A stretch of 64,000 nucleotides of DNA, from assembly GCA_000165345.1 (NCBI GenBank), contig CM000432.1:800001-864000 (forward strand), written 5' to 3'. The notes under the pieces were generated by a model. The model was not told the origin of the DNA. It saw only the letters and a program-made list of their open reading frames with translations, and did no database searches. Numbering within the stretch: the first letter of the stretch is position 1; every line of letters starts with the position of its first letter. Positions 31,237 through 40,596 of the stretch are shown piece after piece. The position numbers and the translations under genes are program-made.

Positions 31237-33465
31237 ATGATGCTGAGATACGGGAGTTTCTTGATTTTAGTCAATTTATTGACACTAATGTTATTACAAG
31301 GCCATTTTGGACAAATTGGCTGCAAATCTTCAGACAAAGGAATTGTTAAGGATGAAATTAATTTTGAAGAAAATGCTGCCAGCTCATTTAAATTAGTTTC
31401 ACAGGATACTCCTGCTAATGAAGGTAAAGTTGAAGTAATAAGTTTGAATGATTTACTCAATGGAGCGTCAAGAAACAAAAATAATTCAATCAATGAATCA
31501 GTAGATCTTACAGATAGTGATTATTCTATTCCGACTGAATCAAGTAGTGATGGTAGACTAACAGGAATGAGTAGAGGAAGAAGCAGAAATAGGCGCTTTA
31601 AGTTCAGATTTGGAGAAGTACCTATAGATTCATCTATAGAAACAAGCAGCAGCTCTGCTAATTCAGAACCTGAAAGAGAGGACAAAGAAAAGGAAAGAGA
31701 GAAAATTCAAAATGTAAAAGAAAAGTTTTTTGAATCTGATACAAGCTTGCTTTCTGTTGTTGGAGGAGAAAAATCGACAAGTATAGAAATGATTGATAAA
31801 TCCGAGCCCTCCACAAATAGTGATGCTGAAACAGAGCCTGAAGAAATGAAGTCTCCTATTCCAATAATTCCGGTTGAAGAAGAGGTAAAACCAAATAATT
31901 CAGTAGATCAGGTCATTGAGCTATTGCATCAACAATCGAATTTGGATGCATTGAGAGAGCAGAAAAGAAAGAAGGAGTTAAAGAAAGAGAAATTAGAAAA
32001 TCAAGAGAAGGTTATGGATAAGTTAATATCTGTAATAGATTCTATGCAAAAGAGGCCACCCTTGAAAAAAGAATACGCCTATGGTGCAGTAATGAATCAT
32101 AACATTAGTGATCTGAAAAATCAAGAATTACTTTATGAGGGGTATATGGATTCTAAAAATGATGAAAATAAGGACTCTTTAAGAAGATTAAGAGATTACG
32201 AAGAAAGGAAAATCAAAAATGAGTTAAAGAATGCATCATTGACAAGGACATTCTACTCAAAACCTAGTAGCGCACTTGCTTCTGAACTGAATGCTTATTC
32301 GACCGCACTTAATTCCAGTCCAAAAAAGAATGGTTCCGGTTCAGGTTCAGGTTCAGGTTCAGGTTCTGATTCTGGTTCAAGTTCCAGTTCCATTTTTGAT
32401 TCCGTTTTTGGTTCTGATTCTAAGTCTGGCTCCAAAAAAGAAGCGGCCATATCAAGGAGTACAGATTTAAATAATCCCAAAACTAGATCTGTAAGTGTAG
32501 GGTTCTCGGATAGTTCTATTGAAGACTACTCTAGTGCTCAAAGCCATATTTCTGAATCCGGTAGAAGTTCTTCTGCAGATAACAATGTTGAGTCTAGAGC
32601 AAATACTGATGAATATGAAGGTTCAACAGAAGAAAATCTTCGCATTAAAACTCCAACACTGCCTCAAACTCATAAGAGTTATTCAACAAGTTCACCTAAA
32701 ACCTTGGATAATCTAGCTGAAGAAGAGGAAGAACTGGGCATTCCAGGTACAAATCCCGAAAAAGGACCCTCTGAAAGCCCCATAAAAATGCTTGAATCAG
32801 AGTTAATGAAACTACAAGATTTAGTAGAACTTGACTTAAAAAAGAGCACAGCCTCAAATAATTTTGGAAGGGTAAAACCAAAGACTTCTTATACTCAAGA
32901 TGAATATTTAGTTCGAACTTCAAGTCCAGAAGAAAACATCTTAAATACGGGAAAAGTAGGAATTGGTAGAATTAGAAGGACCAGAGAAAGCATAGAAAAT
33001 AAAACGCATTCCCCAGAAAACAAATCAGTTTCTAAGCCCTTTGTTACGGTTGGAAGGCTCAAATCTCCAACTAGAGCAACATCAATTGATAAAATGAGAC
33101 CTATTAAGGAAGATGATGACTCAAATTTTGACTATAACACAGCAACAGGAGTTTTCAATATTAGATCAACCAAAGTAGCCATGGATAGTCAAAATGCAAG
33201 GTTGAAAATGGAGGAGCAACTAAGAAACCCCTACAGTGCTCCATTGTTTTCTCCTTCTGACATCTTAGAAGCAAGAGAGACTCATTTTATAGGTGATAAA
33301 CCTCAGGCAAAAAGTCAGCCTAATACTTTCAGAAGAGGCATGATGGCTTCCATGTCTCAGAATATGGCGGGGAACTCATTTCCTGCAGGCCTCGGCCCCC
33401 CTCTTGTAAGAGTGCAAAAGGTTAAAGGAGAGGTAAGAAAGAATGTTATTAGAAGAAAAATGTGA
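31237..33465 (+). CDS. Secreted Ser-rich low-complexity protein (~742 aa) with a (SG)n tract
   Basis: The ORF track starts at a TTG at 31228. The first ATG is 31237 (MMLRYGSFLILVNLLTLMLLQG, a signal peptide). The (GGTTCA)n repeat at ~32333-32372 encodes GSGSGSGSGSGSDSGSSSSS. Confidence 0.8.
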   Translation: MMLRYGSFLILVNLLTLMLLQGHFGQIGCKSSDKGIVKDEINFEENAASSFKLVSQDTPANEGKVEVISLNDLLNGASRNKNNSINESVDLTDSDYSIPTESSSDGRLTGMSRGRSRNRRFKFRFGEVPIDSSIETSSSSANSEPEREDKEKEREKIQNVKEKFFESDTSLLSVVGGEKSTSIEMIDKSEPSTNSDAETEPEEMKSPIPIIPVEEEVKPNNSVDQVIELLHQQSNLDALREQKRKKELKKEKLENQEKVMDKLISVIDSMQKRPPLKKEYAYGAVMNHNISDLKNQELLYEGYMDSKNDENKDSLRRLRDYEERKIKNELKNASLTRTFYSKPSSALASELNAYSTALNSSPKKNGSGSGSGSGSGSDSGSSSSSIFDSVFGSDSKSGSKKEAAISRSTDLNNPKTRSVSVGFSDSSIEDYSSAQSHISESGRSSSADNNVESRANTDEYEGSTEENLRIKTPTLPQTHKSYSTSSPKTLDNLAEEEEELGIPGTNPEKGPSESPIKMLESELMKLQDLVELDLKKSTASNNFGRVKPKTSYTQDEYLVRTSSPEENILNTGKVGIGRIRRTRESIENKTHSPENKSVSKPFVTVGRLKSPTRATSIDKMRPIKEDDDSNFDYNTATGVFNIRSTKVAMDSQNARLKMEEQLRNPYSAPLFSPSDILEARETHFIGDKPQAKSQPNTFRRGMMASMSQNMAGNSFPAGLGPPLVRVQKVKGEVRKNVIRRKM

Positions 33466-33621
33466 ATACTCAATTAGATACTTTGAGAAGATCAAAATTA
33501 TAACCCAATTATCTATCTATCTGTTTTTATTTTGTTTTGCGCTCAATTGCATTTTTCTTCTACTTGGAAATTTTTTTTTAGTATTAACTAAACATGGCAT
33601 GAGGCTTTACATGCGATGCAT

Positions 33622-33633
33622 TTTTTGGCGGGA
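33622..33633. promoter_or_regulatory. E2F-like box TTTTGGCGGGAT, preceded by CATGGCATG...ACATGCGATGCAT
   Basis: ~400 nt upstream of the 441-aa gene ATG. Confidence 0.45.
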
Positions 33634-34025
33634 TCAGCAAATATTTAAATTTCAAAATATTAATAAGCAAAAAGAACAAGTAGATCAATTCTACTTTTAA
33701 AATTTAAAACATATGATGATTTTTTTGGTAGTTTGGTTATATTAAGGTCTATATAGGATATTCTAATATTTGAATTGTTGAAGTAGATGGATTTTTACCA
33801 AGTGTGTAAGTGAACAAATTTTTACACACAAAATTACCCAAATAGTACGTAGGTAGAATAGAAACATTAGGAAAATTCGCGAAAGGGTTAATAGCAGGTT
33901 TTTAAAGGAAAGAAGACATATTTAAAAAGACAAAATTTGGGCAGGGGTTAATGCAATAACGATTAAAGGCAGGAAAACTAAGCAAACATATAATTACTGA
34001 AGATATAGTAGTCTCATTCTGAATA

Positions 34026-35351
34026 ATGAGACTGTATTCATACTTTTTATTGGTTATCTTTTATTTTGTATGCTGTAATCTACACAAATTGGATACTGTA
34101 GATTGTATTAAGCTTCACAAAGGTGCTAATGACAATGTTCAGACGAAGGATGAATCAAAAGAAGGTAGTAAGGATATGAGCGAGGAAGAGCAATCAACCC
34201 AAGAAACAAGTAGTGATAGTAGTAATAATGATAATGATAATGATATTTCTTCAGGGACTGAGGAGAAATCAGATTCAGAAACTGAAAAAGGAGAGGATAA
34301 TAAAAGTGGCACTTCTGGAGCAATTGATGAAAAAAATGATGAGAATGCAAACACTGATTCAAAAGAGGAGCAGAATAATGCCACTAATGGTCAGGATGGA
34401 TCTCTCTTAAAAGGAGATAAAATGGAAGATGAGTCCATCGGTAATCAAATTAAGGATGCAGCCAAAGAAGAAGATGAGAAGAATGAACTAAAGAAGCTAG
34501 AAGAGTTTAAAAAAAGTGAAACATTAGATAAGGAGCCTGAAATAGAAAAGGAGCCATCAGAAAATCATGTGGAGAATGAAAAGAAGTATGAGATAGAAAG
34601 TGAGATCATTTCAAAGACTAGTACAAGTATTTCTGAAGTAAGAATGACAGATGAAAATGAATTTACAATAGATCATCCAACAGTGAATCAGGTAATTAAT
34701 AAGGTTATTCAGCCTTCAACTGAAGAAAAACAGCTTCAAATAGAGTTAAAGGATGACTTTGAACCAGAAAGTGGTATTGATGAAAGTAAACAGACTAAAT
34801 CTGTAATATTAACTTTTGATTTATCTTCTGAAGATCTTTTCAGTAAGATTTCTCTCATCTCTGATTCGAAACTAACATTAACAAGGTATATTGGTATGAA
34901 TCCACAAAAAGTAAAAATTACCTTAGTAGATCCAACAATAAGATTTGGCTCCCAACAGACAAGACTTTCTGAGCTAGCCAAATACGAATCAATGCAATTT
35001 GAGTTGAATCAAAAAGTTCCTGGAAAAGCTGATGTGATTTCTTTAAGTGAAATTTCAAACCAAATCCCTATAATACTTCAACAACACAATACAACAACTC
35101 TTAGATTCTTATTAGAAGCTGTAGACTCTCAGACCCAATTTGGTATACTTTCAAATATGGATGGAGTGGGGCCTACCATAGTGCTTGAGTTAAAGCCTAC
35201 AGTTGAATCAAATTCGACCTGGATGTATACCATTACAGGAGTTGCTGTAATTGTTGTCATTATTGGGGTTTCTATTGCTTTATACTTCCAAAATAAGAAT
35301 AAGGAATCTCAGAGGATTGAGAATATGCCTCTGTTAAATAACAAGGTTTAA
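34026..35351 (+). CDS. Type I membrane protein (441 aa). It has a signal peptide, an acidic low-complexity ectodomain and a C-terminal transmembrane helix.
   Basis: N-terminus MRLYSYFLLVIFYFVCC. C-terminal TM ITGVAVIVVIIGVSIALYF followed by a short cytoplasmic tail. Confidence 0.8.
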   Translation: MRLYSYFLLVIFYFVCCNLHKLDTVDCIKLHKGANDNVQTKDESKEGSKDMSEEEQSTQETSSDSSNNDNDNDISSGTEEKSDSETEKGEDNKSGTSGAIDEKNDENANTDSKEEQNNATNGQDGSLLKGDKMEDESIGNQIKDAAKEEDEKNELKKLEEFKKSETLDKEPEIEKEPSENHVENEKKYEIESEIISKTSTSISEVRMTDENEFTIDHPTVNQVINKVIQPSTEEKQLQIELKDDFEPESGIDESKQTKSVILTFDLSSEDLFSKISLISDSKLTLTRYIGMNPQKVKITLVDPTIRFGSQQTRLSELAKYESMQFELNQKVPGKADVISLSEISNQIPIILQQHNTTTLRFLLEAVDSQTQFGILSNMDGVGPTIVLELKPTVESNSTWMYTITGVAVIVVIIGVSIALYFQNKNKESQRIENMPLLNNKV

Positions 35352-35742
35352 GCATTATTAATATTATTTAATTACTACTATTACTATCCTTAATATACCT
35401 ATGTAATTTTTCTTCAAGCTGTTTCATCTCATGCATGCAAACATTAAGTATTATTAAAACTTCCTTTCTTTAAAATCTATCTTTAATTAACTGATTAAAG
35501 TAATTTGGGGAAGAGGAGGAGGAGGACAAAGACGAAGGCAAAAAAATGAAAAACTGGAAGGAATTGGCGAAAATATATATATTTTTTCAATATTTACTAT
35601 TGAACAACAGTTATGAAATTAGCTTAATATCTAATAGTTATTTTAACAAATAAATACCTTAGGTTATCTTGAACACTAAACTTTAAAATATTAATTTTAA
35701 TATTATTAATTTCTATTCTGACCCACTTTTTTTTCATGCTTC

Positions 35743-35755
35743 ATTTGGCGGGCAT
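35743..35755. promoter_or_regulatory. E2F-like box ATTTGGCGGGCAT
   Basis: ~230 nt upstream of the 368-aa gene ATG. Confidence 0.45.
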
Positions 35756-35979
35756 ACCGGAGTGACATGCAAAACTACTTGCAAGTAATAATCCAAATCC
35801 ATTAGTGGCGCCAAGTGAGAATTCGAGGATAAATAGGAAAATTCTGTGTCAGGGGGAAGAAGTAAAAAGAGAAGGTAAAAGGTGGAGAATTAATAGTGAA
35901 TAAGAGATAAGTAAGTTATTAAGACTTTGAGTAATGAAAGAGAGAGGTTGGTAGGCTTTGAGATTAGTAGAGGATAATA

Positions 35980-37086
35980 ATGGTCAAAAATCATTCAATT
36001 GTATTGATTTTCTTGACTTTAATATTATTATGGACTTTAGATAATGGGATTATAGGGGTTTTTTGCAAGAAAAAATCGAAGTATAAGATTGACAATCCAG
36101 AATTGGGACCAGAATCGAATTTAGATCGATCAAAAAGATTGAGAGAGGAGATTTTCGAACCAAGTGAGTTTGGAATTATTAAAAGTGATCGATTGCAGAT
36201 AATAGAGTCAGAATATGGCTCGATAACACAACTTCCAATTCGTGGTCACCAATCTTTTGATACTTCAAGGATTAGATCCCAGTCAATTTTGAGTGATCAG
36301 AATAATGGAATTGAGTTGATTAAACCTTATGAAGGTGTTTATGTTGATTATAATTTAACCAGCTTCTCTAATTTTATATCCAGAATTGTCGAGATGGATT
36401 TAGAAATGCATTTAACTTTTAAAGAGGTAACTGATAGAAAGTTATCTATTAGGAGAAGAGAAAGAGAAGTTTTAAGCCATTTGAATACACAATCCAACAC
36501 AAAAAATTCTCGTGAACAAAGCCATGAAAAACTTAATTCTATTGAGTTCCATAACATTAGCTTTCTATTTTTAGCAGGTTATTTTAAGAATGAGAATAAA
36601 TCATCAGGTTATGGTAATTCATTACAAGATTTTGTATTGGTATTTAAAGATAGCATTACATTGTCTAGACAAAATGCAAATCAATATTATGCTAAATATG
36701 GTATAACAACCTTCAAGGATAGGTTAACAGCAGTCATGAATTCAGAAGAAAGTATGTCAGTTAAGCATAAAGACCTTTTTTCAGATGGTAAAATCAATGT
36801 AGATCATCATAAGTTATCTTTTCTATATTTACCGCATAATGAAACGCGATTATATTTTTCAATGGATGGGACCCAGCGATTAATACTTCCAAAGTTGCAT
36901 ATTAAAGCAATTCAAACTCATCAAGAGGCAGATGACAAGCCAGAATTACCTTCTAAAGATGAAGATTCGAATTCAAAGAAGGTTGTAATTATTACATTTT
37001 TAATATTTACAATGTTTACATCTTTTATTATATTATTTTACATTATAATAACCTGGTATTTTAGAGGAATTCAAAAACATTCCTGA
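35980..37086 (+). CDS. Type I membrane protein (368 aa) with a signal peptide and a C-terminal TM helix
   Basis: N-terminus MVKNHSIVLIFLTLILLWTL. C-terminal VVIITFLIFTMFTSFIILFYIIITWYF. Confidence 0.8.
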   Translation: MVKNHSIVLIFLTLILLWTLDNGIIGVFCKKKSKYKIDNPELGPESNLDRSKRLREEIFEPSEFGIIKSDRLQIIESEYGSITQLPIRGHQSFDTSRIRSQSILSDQNNGIELIKPYEGVYVDYNLTSFSNFISRIVEMDLEMHLTFKEVTDRKLSIRRREREVLSHLNTQSNTKNSREQSHEKLNSIEFHNISFLFLAGYFKNENKSSGYGNSLQDFVLVFKDSITLSRQNANQYYAKYGITTFKDRLTAVMNSEESMSVKHKDLFSDGKINVDHHKLSFLYLPHNETRLYFSMDGTQRLILPKLHIKAIQTHQEADDKPELPSKDEDSNSKKVVIITFLIFTMFTSFIILFYIIITWYFRGIQKHS

Positions 37087-37230
37087 AATTGTTCTCATTA
37101 TTCATTAAAATAGTAGTTATATAGCTATATATACTTCTAAAACACATTAATAATAATATTGGCATTCAACAAGTTTAGGTTTCTAATCAATATATACACC
37201 TTTCAATTGTTATTTATTATATTATAAATA

Positions 37231-38831
37231 TTAATTTTCGTTTGATTCTTCAATTCTTTCAATGTAGATTGGTGACATTGGGTCTGCTTCTTTAATAAGA
37301 CTTAGATCAAATTTATGTTTAGCTATCTTTGAGTTACTATTCAAAGGAGGCATTTTTGATATCTCAAGTTGATTTATTTTCAAGAAGTAGACATTCTTTT
37401 CGATTGAGTCAACGTTATCAATTACAAGTAATTGTGCTATTCCTTGTATTGGACTCTGTTCCATCATAACTTCCTTATTATCATTGCAAATCACTATATA
37501 TAAAATCTACGAATAAAAGTCAATTAGAGTTCGTTATTCCTCCAATAATATATATATTAGTGGAAGACTTGATGACTTACCTCATTTTTAAGTACAAAAC
37601 TACTTTCTGAAATAGGGTATTCAATCCTCCCATTACAAGGCATCTTTATTAAGATTTCTTTTGAAGAACTTGGAAATCTTTCCTCACCTAAATTGATCCC
37701 ATTCAGTTCAAGCCACATAATACCAATTGGGTCTGCTATTTGAATAATAGGCGAATTAAAGCTTTGATCTAAAAAGTTGATAGTTGTCTTATTCTCAGAT
37801 TTGTTTTGTTGAAGAGATTCTGTATAACCTCTAGAAGGTGAAATTAAATGTTTTATGACAATTTTCTCTTTTTCAATACAAATAAACTCAACAATTTGTT
37901 CTCCTTTTACAAATACTTTTCCATGTTCTTTTCCCCAAGCTACTCTTCCATTACAAGGCATAAATAATGGAATTGCAATTAAATTACTTTCAAATATGGG
38001 AGGGTAATAGTTTTCAAGTATTCTAAGTATAACTTCTCCTTTTCTAACAAAGAATTTTTTGTTTAAATCCAATTTTGAGTTAATATTATCAGATATATTT
38101 AAAATCATTCTTCCATTTAAAAATTCAATTACTTTACCTTTAAATGGACTATATCTCTCTTTAATATTTCCATTCATGCAATAAATTATATAAAGAGATT
38201 TATTTTCATGAAAAATTAACGTCTCCTCAAGTTCTATATTGAATTGTATTTCTCCATCACAAGGTGAAATTAGAGATGCCCATATATATTCAGAGTTTTC
38301 TTTTAAATTTATGTTGAGTTGATCTTCTTTTTCAAGTTTTCCAAGGTTATTTAGATTGAGTTTATTATCTCCTCTGTAGAATATTACATTGGATTTTTCT
38401 AGAGTTCCAATTCCAAAATCATTATTGATTGAATTTGCTGTGTTATTTTTAAAGTTATTTTGAATTGGTTGTCCAAATCTAGAAAATTCATTAATAATAG
38501 GAATAAATGATTTGTTTGAGAAAATTTCTTCATCTGTAATATTATTATTATTATTATTTTTAATTTTCCATATTTTATTAATTTCTTTAATACCAATATA
38601 GTCTTTATAATACCAATAAAGTTGTCTCTTTTCAAATTCAGAAAGTTCTGATTGTTTGGAGATTTTTGGAGTTCTTTCTTCATAAGGCTTGAATTTTTCT
38701 TTTTGTTCTTTAATAATTCTGAAAAATTTCACTATTACTGAGCATGTTATTTCTTTTGTAAAACTATGAAATACTCCAAAAAAAACAATAATATATATAT
38801 ATATTAAATACCTTTTATTAACAACCATCAT
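37231..38831 (-). CDS. Secreted protein (~505 aa after splicing) containing 3-4 repeats resembling biotinyl/lipoyl-type barrel-sandwich hybrid domains. Two exons, 38831..37581 and 37506..37231, joined by a 74-nt intron.
   Basis: The 424-aa ORF ends ...FVLKNE followed by VSHQVFH*. Exactly after the KNE codon the minus strand reads GTAAGT (complement of 37575-37580). An acceptor TTTATTCGTAG ends at 37507, and the downstream 87-aa ORF is in phase (exon 1 ends phase 0, exon 2 starts on a codon). The repeat unit (MPCNGRV...KGEQIVEF...IEKEK...ISPSRG, then MPCNGRIEY...) continues across the junction (EVMMEQSPIQG, MSPIYIERIEE). The N-terminus MMVVNKRYLIYIYIIVFFGVF is a signal peptide. Confidence 0.7.
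37507..37580 (-). other. Predicted 74-nt intron (GTAAGT...CGTAG)
   Basis: It has a canonical donor and a T-rich acceptor. The flanking ORFs are phase-compatible and the repeat continues across the junction. Confidence 0.65.
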
Positions 38832-39028
38832 TAATATTATTTGCTTAGGACGATTTATTACTTATTTTCCTTTTTTTTCGCTCTTTTTTTGTTCTTTTTA
38901 CTTTACTCAAATAAGTAAGTTTTGCAATAAATATTCATATTTTCTTCTTTTTTTTTAATATTTTTATTCAATTTATTTTTTACCCCATGCAAAAAAATAA
39001 AATTTAACGGTATAGCAAACCAAATTTC

Positions 39029-39062
39029 TATACCGGTGCACTATTTTTCCTATACCGGTGCA
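39029..39062. promoter_or_regulatory. Direct repeat of CTATACCGGTGCA (2 copies, 21-bp spacing) in the bidirectional promoter region 38832-39263
   Basis: Two exact copies of the 13-bp unit TATACCGGTGCA (palindromic ACCGGT core) at 39029-39041 and 39050-39062. A related CGGTATAGCAAACC lies just upstream. Confidence 0.35.
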
Positions 39063-39263
39063 TTTGCATTTTTTTCAATTTTTTTGCTTATCACCCACCC
39101 CCACACAAATTTATAATTATAATGGAAACTTTAATTTATTATTATTTAATATGAACAATTAGAACCTAGAAATTAGAAACTAGAATTATAATACATATTA
39201 ATCTCAAGTTAGTCAAATTTAATGCAAGAATTTGGTAAAGTTATATTATGTTAAATATAAATA

Positions 39264-40365
39264 ATGTATATGTTATTAAAAAAAATATTATTGTCGATTT
39301 TTTTTTTAAATTGGTTTTTAATAATAAAAAGAATTAAAGGGATTGATTTGAATGATGATAAGGAAATATTAATAAGAGAATTGGGTATCCCTTTAAGAAT
39401 GAAACCATTTGGAGAAAATAGAGTTCCTAGTTTAAGAAATTTTAATTATAAAACTCAAGGAGAAAATAATAATTATAGAGTGGAAATTAATAATTTATAT
39501 ATTAATGATAGATTTCAATTATCTTACTATTTGAAAATAGGTGATAAAAATGCTAAGTTTTTGTCTTGTGGTTTCAAGTTTAGGTTTAATAATACAACTT
39601 TACCAATGCTTGTAAATAGAGGAGAGGTAAGTTTTAATAAATTAAAGAAAAAAGGAAATTATTTTAGTTCAATTAATTAACTAATTATATATTGAAAATA
39701 ATTTTTGTCAGATATTAGGAACTTTGATTTGTGGGGAAAAAATGAGCTCTAAAAAAGAGCTGCCAATATTATCTTATTGTTATGGACAGGTTCAACTGGC
39801 TTATCCATTTCTACCACTTCCAATAATTCTTTTAAAAGAAGAAGATACGTTTTTGATTCAATTATGTGCAAAAAAGTTTCCAGATTATAAAGGAATTCCT
39901 TATAAATTTCCAATAATTCCTCAAGATCAGAAGATTTCATTTAATAATACATTATTTGAAACAAATTACTTAAAACTTGAGAATAAAAGTTCAAAGATCA
40001 TTTATAAAGTTAATGAGAAACAATCCAATATAATTGAATGTGTAATAAATCGATTATTTGATGGTAAAATCTTTCAAGTATTGGAATATTCCATTATAGG
40101 AATAATTGCATGCAAATTAAAGATGAAAGATCAAAAAATACAAATAGAAAGAAAAGTTATTAGAGCTTTTTGTAGTGGTAGTTCAAGTTTTCAATCTGGG
40201 AATAATACTGATTTTATTTATGGTGTTTTTAAAGTAAATAAAAAATTTCCATTTAATTGGATAGAATGTATTTCAAATCCTGAAGATTTGTTAGAAAAGA
40301 AATTAATGAATCCAGATCAAGCCATAAAAGATGCTTTATATGAAATGGATGAAGAAGAATTTTAG
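39264..40365 (+). CDS. Secreted hypothetical protein (~338 aa after splicing). Two exons, 39264..39626 and 39712..40365, joined by an 85-nt intron.
   Basis: ORF 1 has exactly 121 codons up to ...GGAGAG|GTAAGT (39627-39632). The acceptor ATTTTTGTCAG ends at 39711. Exon 2 starts at 39712 in frame with the 213-aa ORF (ILGTLICGEKMSS...). The ORF track only gave that ORF a start because it accepts TTG. Signal peptide MYMLLKKILLSIFFLNWFLII. Confidence 0.65.
39627..39711 (+). other. Predicted 85-nt intron (GTAAGT...TTTTTGTCAG)
   Basis: It has a canonical donor, a polypyrimidine-AG acceptor and phase-0 continuity between the two ORFs. Confidence 0.65.
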
Positions 40366-40596
40366 TGGAAGGTTTTCTTTCTTTATAATGTTTACAATCG
40401 AGTGTTTTATCAAACTGTAGTTAACGTTTGACTAAAAACTAAAGAATATATCCTTTTTTCTCATTTTTCCTGTTTTATCTCCTTCCATCCATTTGCTTTG
40501 TTTCCCTATTCTCTTTCTCAATCCTCATTCTTTATAATTTTCTTTTTCTTCAAAATCATCTTATATAGTACTTTACAAGATGAAGAATATACAATA

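Noticed and set aside
17264-32372. Shared SGSGSGSGSGSG tracts in the 2128-aa and 742-aa proteins as evidence of homology
   Set aside because: They are encoded by different codon repeats (GGATCA vs GGTTCA) with no flanking similarity. These are independent simple-sequence expansions.
37493-37498. Alternative 3' splice site TTTTATATATAG for the 37231-38831 gene intron
   Set aside because: It would put exon 2 out of frame. The upstream CGTAG acceptor at 37507 preserves the frame and the repeat continuity.
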